Part shown: one piece after another, positions 29,527 through 39,835 of the stretch
Layout: each line of letters begins with the position of its first letter
Position numbering within the stretch: the first letter of the stretch is position 1
Origin: Candidatus Cloacimonadales bacterium
Lineage (GTDB): Bacteria > Cloacimonadota > Cloacimonadia > Cloacimonadales > JAFGVF01
Assembly (NCBI GenBank): GCA_963667035.1
Contig: OY762964.1
Span: forward strand, 1,312,001 to 1,376,000
Length of the DNA: 64,000 bases
Direction of reading: 5' to 3'
Position numbers and translations under genes: made by a program
The notes under the pieces: generated by a model
The model's database searches: none
What the model was told of the DNA's origin: nothing
What the model saw: only the letters and a program-made list of their open reading frames with translations

Positions 29527-31449
29527 ATGATGCCTTTTGAGAATGACCTAGAAATGTTGGACGAGTATACTAATTCAAAGAACAAGAAAGATTTTGACAA
29601 GTTAATGACTAGCTTGCAGGAAGTTCATTCAGGTGATAGTATAGAAAAAGTTGAACTTATACTTAAGCAATTTGCTTTTGATTTTACTTATGAGTACAAT
29701 TTCATGAAGCTTGAACCTCAATTTAAGAAAGCTGAGAATATTGTTTTTACAAATGGGACTCAGGTACAGAAAATTAGATTTTTAACTAATTTAGGGATTA
29801 TCAAAACTCAGCTTAGCAAACATGATGAAGCACTAGAATGTAATACAAAAGCCCTTGAATTTTGTACAACATCTGATTCAAACAGAATGCTGATGGGAAT
29901 TCATGCAAACATTGGAACAATTTATAACTTTAAAAAGCTTTACAGGAATGGTTTAAAGCACTTCATACAAGCATATATCTATTCGAAGAAATACAACAAG
30001 AATGAAGCAAGATTTATCTATAGATTACTAACAAACATCGGTGTAACATTCATGACTCTTAACGATAACAATAATGCTATTTACTATTTCAACATAGCAT
30101 TGGATACGATACCTAACAATAATGTTTGTGTGCCTCTCCCAGTGATTTACAACAATCTGGCGTTAGCTTATATAAACAATTCTGATTTTGAAAATGCAAA
30201 AATCTGTTTAGATAAATATAATAGTCTTACTTTTGACAAACCAAGGCATTTTGATGTAACCAATAATAGGATTCTTGGATTATACTACTTTAAACAAAGA
30301 AAGTACAAGGAAGCTCTTGAGGTTTTCTTAAGCCAAATAGAGGAAGTAAAATCGAATAAGGATGGAAAGAATCAATTAGAATACTATTTAGATATAGCCA
30401 GATGTTATATAAAGCTAAATAAGCCACAAGAAGCAAAGTCATATATTGACTCTATAGCCAATATAAGAGGCATTGACACTAATTCAAAATTTATTGAGAT
30501 AAATATTGAATACTATCAGTCTATCCAAGATTATACAACAGCTTTTAACTACTCACAGAAATACAGTAAGATGCTTACTCAGAAAGTTAGTGAACTGGAA
30601 AACAGCTCTGTTGAAGATTTAACAGATATGCTCAAGGAAAGTCAAGACAATATTGCTGTCTCTGCATATCAGGAAAAACTAGAGGAGTTGAAATACCTTA
30701 ACTTTGAACTAAATGGACAAAAAGACCTTCTTCTGGAGAATCTCAATACTTTGAAAGAGGAAAAATCATTGAGAGATAAGATGATTTCAATAATTACACA
30801 TGATGTCAGAGGACCTATCGGGAATGCATCTCAATTGCTTAATCTATTCAGCACAATCGAAAGTCAAGAAGATAAAGATGAAATCATTCAAAGTATTACA
30901 GAATCGGTACAAAATACTTACAAACTAACTGAAGATCTAGTTCATTGGGCAAGAGATGTTGTTTCCGGTTTAGAGGAATCTCTCACAATTATTAATATAT
31001 CTGACTGCGTTGAGGAGATTAAAGAGCTATATAATACACAACTGAGCAATAAATCAATACTTCTAATAAATGAGTTAACCTCAGATTACTTCATAAAAGG
31101 TGAAGTAATGTCTATAAAAACGATATTTAGAAATGTAATCCAAAATGCTATAAAATACTCCCACAGCAACTCCACAATTGTTGTTTCCAATGAAATTGAT
31201 GGAGATAAAGTCACCTTCTTTATCAAAGACTCAGGTATTGGAATGTCTGCTGAAGAAGTAGCAACCCTTTTCAACTCAGCTAATTTCTCAACATTGGGAA
31301 CGGACTTGGAAAAAGGTACTGGTCTGGGTATGCTCTTAGTAAAAGAACTTGTAGATAAGAATTTTGGTTCCATATCATGTAAAAGTGTGTTAAACAAGGG
31401 TACTATCATTAAAATTACATTCCCCTTGGTTAATGTTAGTGATAGTTAA
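29527..31449 (+). CDS. TPR-containing cytoplasmic sensor histidine kinase
   Basis: TPR-like repeats; HDVRGP H-box, NAIKYS N-box, DSGIGM, GTGLGM G-boxes. Confidence 0.88.
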   Translation: MMPFENDLEMLDEYTNSKNKKDFDKLMTSLQEVHSGDSIEKVELILKQFAFDFTYEYNFMKLEPQFKKAENIVFTNGTQVQKIRFLTNLGIIKTQLSKHDEALECNTKALEFCTTSDSNRMLMGIHANIGTIYNFKKLYRNGLKHFIQAYIYSKKYNKNEARFIYRLLTNIGVTFMTLNDNNNAIYYFNIALDTIPNNNVCVPLPVIYNNLALAYINNSDFENAKICLDKYNSLTFDKPRHFDVTNNRILGLYYFKQRKYKEALEVFLSQIEEVKSNKDGKNQLEYYLDIARCYIKLNKPQEAKSYIDSIANIRGIDTNSKFIEINIEYYQSIQDYTTAFNYSQKYSKMLTQKVSELENSSVEDLTDMLKESQDNIAVSAYQEKLEELKYLNFELNGQKDLLLENLNTLKEEKSLRDKMISIITHDVRGPIGNASQLLNLFSTIESQEDKDEIIQSITESVQNTYKLTEDLVHWARDVVSGLEESLTIINISDCVEEIKELYNTQLSNKSILLINELTSDYFIKGEVMSIKTIFRNVIQNAIKYSHSNSTIVVSNEIDGDKVTFFIKDSGIGMSAEEVATLFNSANFSTLGTDLEKGTGLGMLLVKELVDKNFGSISCKSVLNKGTIIKITFPLVNVSDS

Positions 31450-31473
31450 TTAGAGCTATCTATTGTATATTGA

Positions 31474-31497
31474 AAAGGGCACCAAACGGTGCCCTTT
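31474..31497. terminator. Bidirectional terminator
   Basis: AAAGGGCACC-AAAC-GGTGCCCTTT between convergent genes. Confidence 0.8.
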
Positions 31498-31508
31498 ACT
31501 AGTATGTT

Positions 31509-32150
31509 TTATTGATTTATCAAATGCAGCCAATCACCAAGTAGGAATTGGATTCTCCCAATCAGAAGTGATATTCTGGCCATAACGGTGTAACCAAAGG
31601 CTGCACCGAAACTAACCATAAGGAAGTAAATACCTATCTTAGCAACAACACCAAAGGCTCCTTCATGTTTCTTGCTAAAGAAAAAATAGGCAAGTCCTGA
31701 GATTGTTCCAACAATCATTAAAATCTCCCCTATTGTCTGACCTGAATTACCGGCAGCAAAAGGATTAATCATGGTTGCAATAAGTTGTTGTATTAAGTCT
31801 GATTTAATGTATAATAGAAAACTTAATCCTGCAGTGGTTCCCATTAACAGTGATATAGGATAACGACTAAGCCATTCGAGTTTAGGTATAATCCGAATGA
31901 GCATCATCACACCTAATAAAGCAGGTATTATCAATATAGCATTTCCACTGAAATCGGTTGTAAGTTTACTATACAGATTTGGAATCAAAATGAAGTAGAT
32001 TGTATAAATGAACCAATAACCTGCAGAAAGCCCTACAAATATCTGTTCGGCAACTTTATAGAGAGGATTGTCTTTATATAGGAAGCTAAGAATAGCAAAT
32101 GTAAGGATAGCCCCTATCCAGAGACCTAGAGATGTCATAAAGTCTATCAT
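31509..32150 (-). CDS. Conserved polytopic membrane protein (DUF6754 operon)
   Basis: About 6 hydrophobic segments; SFLYKDNPLYK.AE..FVG.SAGY and FGAAFGYTVMARISLLIGR. Confidence 0.8.
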   Translation of the reverse strand: MIDFMTSLGLWIGAILTFAILSFLYKDNPLYKVAEQIFVGLSAGYWFIYTIYFILIPNLYSKLTTDFSGNAILIIPALLGVMMLIRIIPKLEWLSRYPISLLMGTTAGLSFLLYIKSDLIQQLIATMINPFAAGNSGQTIGEILMIVGTISGLAYFFFSKKHEGAFGVVAKIGIYFLMVSFGAAFGYTVMARISLLIGRIQFLLGDWLHLINQ

Positions 32151-32968
32151 TTCTTGCCTCCTTTCTTCTTATCAACATAGTAGCTTATATTACCCAAAGC
32201 AATAAAAACTATAATGATAAGATGTGCTATGGATTGAGCATCCATACCAGCTGTAGCCATTCCAAGTGTGCCTACGAGTTTCTCGTATTCGGCAGCACCT
32301 TTTAGTCCTCCGAGTAAACCATGAAGTTGTTGTTGTTTATTCAGATATGGTAACATCTCGGGAGCACTAACAGCAGTAGCTCCTCCGGCAACCGGAACAT
32401 TATACTTGTCGTTAGCAACCATTATCCATTCTTTAAGTCCCGGAGAGCCTGCAGAAAACGAGACAGCATAACCTATATTCTCAAAGTTTTTAACATTCTT
32501 CATTAGAGGGATATCCGCAATATCGGAGCCGTTGATATCTTTAGGATAAACATTCTCGAAACTTCTACCCATTGCCTGAATTGTTACCATTCCTCCCGCT
32601 TTATAGCCAAGGTTAACATAATCCTCTCCATATACAACAGGATAGGTATCTTGCAATGAACGAACTGTATTCTCTCCAATTATAACACCCATGGGCCAGA
32701 GTGCAGTTAGAATAACTTTATGTTTTTTGCTGAATGCATGCTCCAGTAATGCTCTTGTCATAGGTTGAAGTTCAGCTTTACTGGCAGGGTCATAATCCAA
32801 TGAAATCACAACAGGTGTACCTTCAGGTGTATTCTCAATCAAATCATAAACCAATCTTGAGTTCTCTGAAATTTCAAGATTGAAACCTACTTTAACTAAT
32901 AACGGTACAGTCACACCAATGATTAGGATAAGAAATATAATTCTTCTGTCAATTGTTGGAAGTTTCAT
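32147..32968 (-). CDS. Membrane-anchored alpha/beta-domain protein (DUF6754 operon)
   Basis: N- and C-terminal TM helices; YGEDYVNLGY, GLLGGLKGAAEYE, MDAQS. Confidence 0.8.
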   Translation of the reverse strand: MKLPTIDRRIIFLILIIGVTVPLLVKVGFNLEISENSRLVYDLIENTPEGTPVVISLDYDPASKAELQPMTRALLEHAFSKKHKVILTALWPMGVIIGENTVRSLQDTYPVVYGEDYVNLGYKAGGMVTIQAMGRSFENVYPKDINGSDIADIPLMKNVKNFENIGYAVSFSAGSPGLKEWIMVANDKYNVPVAGGATAVSAPEMLPYLNKQQQLHGLLGGLKGAAEYEKLVGTLGMATAGMDAQSIAHLIIIVFIALGNISYYVDKKKGGKK

Positions 32969-33663
32969 TATTTACCTCCTAAATGGGAACGTTCAATTCC
33001 AAGAAGAATTCTTACCGAACTACCAATCACACCAAGTGCAGCAGAAACCATAACTGCTCGTTGTCCCGCTGTTGCCGGATATTTCATTATATAATCTGCA
33101 ATGTTAGGTAAATGCAAAAATCTTAAGCTTTCTGGTAACCAACCTGTCAGACTGCTTCCAACACTGGTTCTGCCTAACATTACGAGGATTGCGGCAACAA
33201 GCAACAATGTAGATTCAGGAGATCTAGCAATAAAAGCTCTATATGCTGCAGAAGCTATAAAGAAAGCCAATAAAGAGAACATAGTAGCTTGCAAATGCTG
33301 ATAGACATTGTTAAAAAGATAATCGAAAGGTTTTGAGCCAAGTAGAGATACAACATTGACACCATCTCCAAGAATACCTCCTTGCTTCTCTGTGCCCCAT
33401 AACAGTCCCATTATAACCATAAAGAAGAATGAGACTATTGTAACAATATAATACTGCCAATTATCTTTCTTATGCTTGATTTTAAGAAATGTCATTGTGA
33501 GAAGACTTATTTGTCCAAGAATTATAGAGAAACCGGCTATAATCATAAACCAATCTTCCAAGCTTGTGCGGATAGTATTAAACGGTGGATGTGGTATAAA
33601 CTCTGAAATAATTATCAGCATCCCTACGAAAAAAGTAATTATTAATGGTAAAGTTCTCTTCAT
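32968..33663 (-). CDS. Conserved polytopic membrane protein (DUF6754 operon)
   Basis: About 6 TM segments; ATMFSLLAFFIASAAYRAF and RILLGIER. Confidence 0.8.
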   Translation of the reverse strand: MKRTLPLIITFFVGMLIIISEFIPHPPFNTIRTSLEDWFMIIAGFSIILGQISLLTMTFLKIKHKKDNWQYYIVTIVSFFFMVIMGLLWGTEKQGGILGDGVNVVSLLGSKPFDYLFNNVYQHLQATMFSLLAFFIASAAYRAFIARSPESTLLLVAAILVMLGRTSVGSSLTGWLPESLRFLHLPNIADYIMKYPATAGQRAVMVSAALGVIGSSVRILLGIERSHLGGK

Positions 33664-33670
33664 TTATTCC

Positions 33671-34768
33671 TCACTTCATTGACAAGAAGTCTCTAAGTCC
33701 CGTTACACCAAAAATCTCAAGTATAATTCCTATAATTAATACAGCTACAAAAATTGCTTTACCCCAATCTTGTCCTTTTAGACCTCCTAGTTGAGAAGGT
33801 TCTTTTGACAGATAAGCCGAAGCAGCAAAGAGTTCTTCACCTATTAAAGTAAAATCACAGGCTGCAACAAAAAAAGGTAACTGAGAAGACATAGCTGTAC
33901 CTGCAGTTTGTATTGCACCGCTTGCAAAACCGGTTTCCGCTAAGATGAGAGATTCTGCATAGAAAGTTCCAAGATAGAAGTTAGCTGCGGGTTTATCTCT
34001 AAGGATGATACCGTCAACACCGGCTACAAAACCGAATTGGTCATCTGTTAGATAGAAAATAGTATCGGGATTAAAAGCATCAGGTCTTCCTGCTTGCAGA
34101 TATGCTTCTTTAACAATTTCTCTTGCTGCCGAAAGAACCATGGAACGACATACAGGTACTAAAATCTCAGAGTCATAAGTAGCAGCTTTTTTTGCAAGAT
34201 GGCTTAATATAGTTAAACCGGCTATTGTTTGCATATCATCAAGATCCATGATGCCTGGTACAAACAAGATTGGTCTACCCATCTCAGTTGCTCTTCCTAC
34301 AGCTTCATCCATTGATTCGAGTCCTGATATTCTTCTAATATACAAGTCCTTACCACTTCTGGCAGAGATAATAAAGTATACAATCAATCCCATTAAAAGA
34401 ATTGCAGTAATCAAGACAGGAACCTTTGTCTTGTTAAACCACTGGGCAACAGGTTTACCAATCAGAGTCTGTGAAGTTAGTAATGAATCGGCTTGATAGA
34501 ATCCTACCCTATACTTATACTTTTTTTTGTAATCAAGTTCTTTGTCTTGATATGTTTTAACTCCATTTGTGATAGAGATTATTTCCTTATAATCTCCTGA
34601 TTCATCTTCTCGCTCGATTATTACCTTATCGATATTTACTTTTCCTATGTCCCATTCTAGGAGTAGCACACTACCATCATCATTTGGTAAATCATTAATA
34701 GTTGATTGAATTGAGAAAATGCATATTGGTAATATCAGCAATAGAATAGCTATTACATTTCGTCGCAT
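33671..34768 (-). CDS. DUF6754 domain protein with an N-terminal FN3-like domain
   Basis: Signal peptide, D.PNDDG, IRRISGL..MDEAVGRATEMGRP, ESLILAETG, LIGEELFAASAYLS. Confidence 0.8.
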   Translation of the reverse strand: MRRNVIAILLLILPICIFSIQSTINDLPNDDGSVLLLEWDIGKVNIDKVIIEREDESGDYKEIISITNGVKTYQDKELDYKKKYKYRVGFYQADSLLTSQTLIGKPVAQWFNKTKVPVLITAILLMGLIVYFIISARSGKDLYIRRISGLESMDEAVGRATEMGRPILFVPGIMDLDDMQTIAGLTILSHLAKKAATYDSEILVPVCRSMVLSAAREIVKEAYLQAGRPDAFNPDTIFYLTDDQFGFVAGVDGIILRDKPAANFYLGTFYAESLILAETGFASGAIQTAGTAMSSQLPFFVAACDFTLIGEELFAASAYLSKEPSQLGGLKGQDWGKAIFVAVLIIGIILEIFGVTGLRDFLSMK

Positions 34769-34949
34769 ATACTCTCCGTTTTCTTGTAATAGCTAATTTA
34801 TTGTTAAAGGATTATCTGTGTCAATGAAAGAGTTTAAATTGATTTAAATCAATAGTGCACAACATAAGGTTAATACCTTAACGTGAAAAATTAATTGACA
34901 AATCAGAGAATGCACTCATATTCTTATTAATGCGTTAAAGGAGGTTGTT

Positions 34950-35504
34950 ATGTCAGTGAAACAAGATTGCGAGCATATTAAAGTGGAAGAGATAAATCAG
35001 GATACAATCAAAGATATAGAAGATAAAATTGTGTATACTGACGAGAAAAAGCTATTGAATTTCTACGAAAAGCTAAGGTGTCATTGTATTCAATCTGCCG
35101 GGAAAAAGACAGGTAAGATTGGTAAAGAGATAACACAATTACTGCTGTTTCTACCTGATTTTGCAATGTTGGTCATAAGGTTATTTATTGATAAACGCAC
35201 TCCAAAACGTGTGAAGATTATCTTAGGGGGAGTAATCACTTATCTCTTTACTCCTTGGGATATAATACCGGATTTCATACCTATAATAGGTTATGTAGAT
35301 GATTTGGTGTTAGTGGTGATTGCTCTAAACAGTATGCTGAATGAAATTGATCCTGATATTGTTATGGATAATTGGAGCGGCAAGGAAAAACCATTGACCT
35401 TAATTCAACAAATTATTGCAGTGACAGAGAAATTCCTATCTCAAAATATTCTTGTAAGAATTAAAAAGATAGTAACTAATCTATTAGCGGAGAAAGAAAA
35501 GTAA
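34950..35504 (+). CDS. DUF1232 (YkvA) family protein
   Basis: YLFTPWDIIPDFIPIIGYVDD. Confidence 0.88.
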   Translation: MSVKQDCEHIKVEEINQDTIKDIEDKIVYTDEKKLLNFYEKLRCHCIQSAGKKTGKIGKEITQLLLFLPDFAMLVIRLFIDKRTPKRVKIILGGVITYLFTPWDIIPDFIPIIGYVDDLVLVVIALNSMLNEIDPDIVMDNWSGKEKPLTLIQQIIAVTEKFLSQNILVRIKKIVTNLLAEKEK

Positions 35505-36100
35505 TGAAACTAATGATAGGTTCTAAAAATCCCGATAAAATAAAAGAGATTAAAGAGATATTGGAGACTCTTGATTTAGATATTGAGATATACACAATGT
35601 CTGATTTTGATAACTTACCTGATGTAGTTGAAGATCATTCCACTATTGAAGGAAATGCTATTAAGAAAGCTACTGAATTAGCAAACTTCACCGGATTGCC
35701 TACCTTGGCGGATGACACGGGTTTCTTTATAGATGCACTTGATGGTGCCCCCGGAGTATATGCAGCTAGATTTGCCGGAGAAAATTGCTCATACAGAGAC
35801 AATAGAAACAAAGTAATTAAGTTAATGGAAACATTTAGTGATAGAACTGCCAGCTTTAGAACGGTAGTTGCCTTAGCTGAACCTAACAAATTAGTAGGAA
35901 CAGCTAAAGGTGAAGTTCTTGGTGACATTACTCATGCTGAACATGGGACAAGCGGTTTTGGTTATGATTCAATATTCAGGCTGAGAGAAACCGGAAAGAC
36001 TTTTGGTGAAATGCTTCCCAATGAAAAACATGGTATTAGCCATAGAGGAAGAGCTTTGAAAGCTATTTTACCACAAATAAAAGAATATTTTAGAATGTAG
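35504..36100 (+). CDS. rdgB: Non-canonical purine NTP pyrophosphatase (RdgB/HAM1)
   Basis: NPDKIKE, ADDTG, PGVYAARF, GFGYD, ISHRGRA. Confidence 0.92.
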   Translation: MKLMIGSKNPDKIKEIKEILETLDLDIEIYTMSDFDNLPDVVEDHSTIEGNAIKKATELANFTGLPTLADDTGFFIDALDGAPGVYAARFAGENCSYRDNRNKVIKLMETFSDRTASFRTVVALAEPNKLVGTAKGEVLGDITHAEHGTSGFGYDSIFRLRETGKTFGEMLPNEKHGISHRGRALKAILPQIKEYFRM

Positions 36101-36109
36101 GAGGATAGA

Positions 36110-36514
36110 TTGAAAAGACTGTTAACAGGATTATTAGTTTCAGGAGTATTGGTGTTTTCCGGTTGCAAAGTACCTAAAGAAAATCCCCAATTGGAAAAAC
36201 CGCAAGAGGTTAAAACCGAAGAAAGCTCAAACTTTTCAATTTCTGAGCAAGTGGAATCTGAACATGGAGAAGCTCCGGAGGATAACAATCACGGCTTATC
36301 AATATCCGAAAGAGTTGAAGCTGAGTATGGTGAAGCCCCGGAAGACGGTCTTACTCCTAGTCAAATAGAGAAGGCAAAAGAAGAGGAAGAAACCAAAAAT
36401 AAGGATATGGGACTCTATAAAAAGGTAGAAAAAGACAGTCTTGAAGATTTCAAACAGAAAGAAACAGATGACTATAATAATTTTAAGAAAACACATAAAT
36501 TATTCGGCAACTAA
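36110..36514 (+). CDS. Acidic lipoprotein with an internal 21-aa duplication
   Basis: AGGAGG RBS, TTG start, lipobox FSGC. Confidence 0.75.
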   Translation: MKRLLTGLLVSGVLVFSGCKVPKENPQLEKPQEVKTEESSNFSISEQVESEHGEAPEDNNHGLSISERVEAEYGEAPEDGLTPSQIEKAKEEEETKNKDMGLYKKVEKDSLEDFKQKETDDYNNFKKTHKLFGN

Positions 36515-36526
36515 GAGGAGTTTGTA

Positions 36527-37885
36527 ATGGTAAATCCACAGATATTCAGACAATATGATATCCGAGGTATAGTAGGTAGTGATTTGACAGAAGAATCAGT
36601 TTATCTGATTGGTAAAGGATTTGGTACTTGGTTAAGAAGAAGAAATCTTGCAAGTGTTGTTATTGGAGGAGATGCCAGACTTAGTACACCTTCTTTTAAG
36701 AAACAATTCTCGAAAGGATTAATGGAAACAGGATGTGATGTTACTGATATAGGAATCGTAGCAACTCCCCTTATGTACTTCTCTATTTGGAGTTTGAAAA
36801 CTGATGCTGGTGCTATGATTACAGCCAGTCATAATCCTTCCGAGTATAATGGAATAAAGCTTAACAATGGCTTAGCAAGTGTTTATGGATCGGAAATCAA
36901 AGATGTTCTTAAACATATACAGGATAGTGATTTTGAAACCGGAAACGGTAGTTTCACTGAAGATAACACAATTGAAAACAAGTATTTTGAATATATTTTT
37001 AATAGCATTAAGCTTGAAAGACCGTTAAAGGTTGTTGTTGACGGTGGTAATGGAATGGGCGGACCTTATCTTCCCCACCTTCTTAAACAAATGGGATGCG
37101 ATGTAACGGAAATTTTCTGTGAACCTGATGGTAACTTCCCTAATCATCATCCTGATCCAACTATTTTAAAGAATAATCAGCAATTGATTGCTAAAGTGAA
37201 AGAAATAGGTGCAGATGTAGGTATCGGTTTAGACGGTGATGCAGACCGCATTGGTGTTATTGACGAAAGAGGTAATATGCTTTATGGTGACCAGATTCTT
37301 AATATAATCGCTCGTGATTTTCTAAAGAAGAATCCTGGAGAATTTGTTTTAGCTGATGTTAAATGTTCTAAGAACCTGTTTGATGATATTGTAAAATACA
37401 ATGGCAAACCGATAATGTATAAAACAGGTCATGCTAATATTAAGAACGAAATGAGAAACAGAGGTATTAAAGTAGGCGGTGAGATGTCAGGGCATATTTT
37501 CCTAAAAGACAGATTTCTTGGTTTCGATGATGCAATATATGTCAGTTGCAGATTCATAGAAATAATGTCTTTAACTAACGAGCCTGTAAGTAGCTTCCTC
37601 GCTGATCAACCTAAGATGTTCAATACGCCTGAGATTCATATCAATGTACCTGAAGAGAAGAAGTTTGATATTGTTGCTAAAGTAGTTCAAACTTTTAAAG
37701 ATGAAGGCTATGAAGTTAACGATATTGACGGAGTTAGAGTTACTTTTGAGGACGGTTGGGGACTTTGCAGAGCTTCGAATACTACTCCTGTATTAGTATT
37801 GAGATTCGAAGCAACAACAGAAGCTAGAATGGAAGAGATTAAAGAATTATTCAATAAAAAACTGGACGCTATACTAAACTCATAA
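36527..37885 (+). CDS. Phosphomannomutase/phosphoglucomutase
   Basis: YDIRG, ITASHNP, DGDADR, GEMSGH, RASNT. Confidence 0.93.
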   Translation: MVNPQIFRQYDIRGIVGSDLTEESVYLIGKGFGTWLRRRNLASVVIGGDARLSTPSFKKQFSKGLMETGCDVTDIGIVATPLMYFSIWSLKTDAGAMITASHNPSEYNGIKLNNGLASVYGSEIKDVLKHIQDSDFETGNGSFTEDNTIENKYFEYIFNSIKLERPLKVVVDGGNGMGGPYLPHLLKQMGCDVTEIFCEPDGNFPNHHPDPTILKNNQQLIAKVKEIGADVGIGLDGDADRIGVIDERGNMLYGDQILNIIARDFLKKNPGEFVLADVKCSKNLFDDIVKYNGKPIMYKTGHANIKNEMRNRGIKVGGEMSGHIFLKDRFLGFDDAIYVSCRFIEIMSLTNEPVSSFLADQPKMFNTPEIHINVPEEKKFDIVAKVVQTFKDEGYEVNDIDGVRVTFEDGWGLCRASNTTPVLVLRFEATTEARMEEIKELFNKKLDAILNS

Positions 37886-37908
37886 GATTTAGAGTTATAT
37901 ATACCCTT

Positions 37909-37945
37909 GCAGGAAAGGATTAATAGTTCTTTCCTGCTTTATTTT
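37909..37945 (+). terminator. Terminator-like hairpin after pmm/pgm
   Basis: GCAGGAAAGGA/TTCTTTCCTGC followed by TTTATTTT. Confidence 0.7.
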
Positions 37946-37963
37946 AATCAGGAAGGTAGAAAA

Positions 37964-39835
37964 ATCGGACGTATATTAGTTACAGCAGAACATTTGAGAA
38001 AAGCTTTTGGAGAAAAAGTAATACTTGAAGATTGTTCTTTTGGAATTCATGAAGGAAACAAGATAGGAATCATTGGTACAAATGGTGCCGGTAAGAGTAC
38101 TCTAATGAAGCTTATAGCGGAAGCTATACCGCTTGATTCAGGTAAGATAACATATAGAAATCAAATAAGAGTAGCGTTTTTACCTCAAAATCCCGAATTT
38201 AATCCGGATAATACTGTGATTGAGCAGGTATATGATAGTGAGCATCCTCATTTTGATATTATAAGAAAGTATCATCACATAAGGATTGAACTGGAGAGTA
38301 ATCCTACTGACAAGTTAGCTAAAGAGCTGACTGAGTTAAGTGAGTATATGGATGTTAACAAGATTTGGTCTATTGAATCGGAAGCCAGATCACTACTTTC
38401 TCAATTCGGATTGAATGACTTTGATAAATCTGTTTCACTCCTATCGGGTGGTCAAGGAAGAAAACTTGATATTGTACGCACAATACTTGGTAAACCAGAT
38501 GTTCTATTATTAGACGAACCGACCAACCATCTTGATATTGATACTATAGAGTGGCTTCAGAATTATCTGGTTGATTACAATGGTACAATCCTGTTTGTTA
38601 CTCATGACAGATACTTTCTAGATTCTATCTGCAATATGATTGCCGAAGTAGAGAGAGGTAGTATTAACTGGTATCAAGGGAACTATTCTTATTATGTTGA
38701 AAAGAAACAAAACGCAATTACTGACCTTAATAGAAAGGAGACCAGAAGAAAAGCTCAACTCCAAAAAGAGCTAAAGTGGCTACAAAGAGGAGCTCAAGCA
38801 AGAACCTCCAAACCTAAGAATCATATAGATAGAGTTAAAGAGTTATTGGATAAGTCATATCTTGTTGAGAATAAAGAATTAGAAATCTCCTTCACTAGTA
38901 ATCGTTTAGGTAAAACTATCCTGGAAATAGGGCATTTAAATAAGGCTTATGGAGAAGAGAAACTCTTACAGGACTTCTCTCACATGTTCCAAAAGAATGA
39001 GAGAATCGGTATATTAGGACCTAACGGTTGTGGTAAAACAACCCTATTGAAGCTGATAACAGGTGAAATAGAACCTGATTCAGGTAAGATAAAAGTTGGA
39101 ATTAATACACAATTTGCTTATTTCTCTCAAGCATTAGAGGAGTTACCTCCTGAAAAGAGAGTTTTAGAGTATATCACAGACTATGCCGAAAATATAAGAA
39201 CCAAAGACGGAGTTCTACATTCTGCTAGTGAGATGCTCGATAGATTCTTGTTCGACGGCAAACATCAGCAAAGTAAGATTAAAAGTCTTTCAGGTGGTGA
39301 AAAGAAACGGTTGTATCTCCTTAAATCTCTTATGTTTGGTGCAAATTTTATCATACTGGATGAACCGACAAACGATCTCGATTTAAAAACTCTAGAGATA
39401 CTTGAAGACTATCTTGATGCATTTATCGGATGTGTTCTTGTTGTATCTCATGACAGGTATTTCTTAGATAGAGTTGTTGATACACTCTTCATCTTTGAGT
39501 CTGATAAGATTAGGAAATTTGCAGGTAATTATTCGGACTATCTACTTGTGAAGAGATTCAATAAAGTTGAAACTCAAGAAAAGAAGAAAGTGGAACCTGT
39601 AAGAGAAAACAAACCATCAAACAAGCTTTCATATAAATATGTAAGAGAGCTTGAAGCTATTCAAGTAAAAATTGATGAAATAGAGAATAGACAAGCCGAT
39701 TTATCGGAAACAATCAACACTAAAGCTGAGGAACTAACAGCAGAACAGTTTAAAGCGATAGATGAAGAGAATAAATCACTTGAAGTAGAAATGGATAATC
39801 TGTTATCAAGATGGGAAGAAATAGAATCTATGTAA
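37964..39835 (+). CDS. ABC-F family ATPase (Uup-like)
   Basis: Two NBDs (GTNGAGKS, LSGG, DEPTNHLD; GPNGCGKT, DEPTNDLD) plus a C-terminal coiled coil. Start is uncertain (ATC 37964 vs TTG 37907). Confidence 0.88.
   Translation: MGRILVTAEHLRKAFGEKVILEDCSFGIHEGNKIGIIGTNGAGKSTLMKLIAEAIPLDSGKITYRNQIRVAFLPQNPEFNPDNTVIEQVYDSEHPHFDIIRKYHHIRIELESNPTDKLAKELTELSEYMDVNKIWSIESEARSLLSQFGLNDFDKSVSLLSGGQGRKLDIVRTILGKPDVLLLDEPTNHLDIDTIEWLQNYLVDYNGTILFVTHDRYFLDSICNMIAEVERGSINWYQGNYSYYVEKKQNAITDLNRKETRRKAQLQKELKWLQRGAQARTSKPKNHIDRVKELLDKSYLVENKELEISFTSNRLGKTILEIGHLNKAYGEEKLLQDFSHMFQKNERIGILGPNGCGKTTLLKLITGEIEPDSGKIKVGINTQFAYFSQALEELPPEKRVLEYITDYAENIRTKDGVLHSASEMLDRFLFDGKHQQSKIKSLSGGEKKRLYLLKSLMFGANFIILDEPTNDLDLKTLEILEDYLDAFIGCVLVVSHDRYFLDRVVDTLFIFESDKIRKFAGNYSDYLLVKRFNKVETQEKKKVEPVRENKPSNKLSYKYVRELEAIQVKIDEIENRQADLSETINTKAEELTAEQFKAIDEENKSLEVEMDNLLSRWEEIESM

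Noticed and set aside
37907..37963. TTG-initiated N-terminal extension of the ABC-F
   Set aside because: It lies over a terminator-like hairpin, lacks an RBS and does not resemble ABC-F N-termini.
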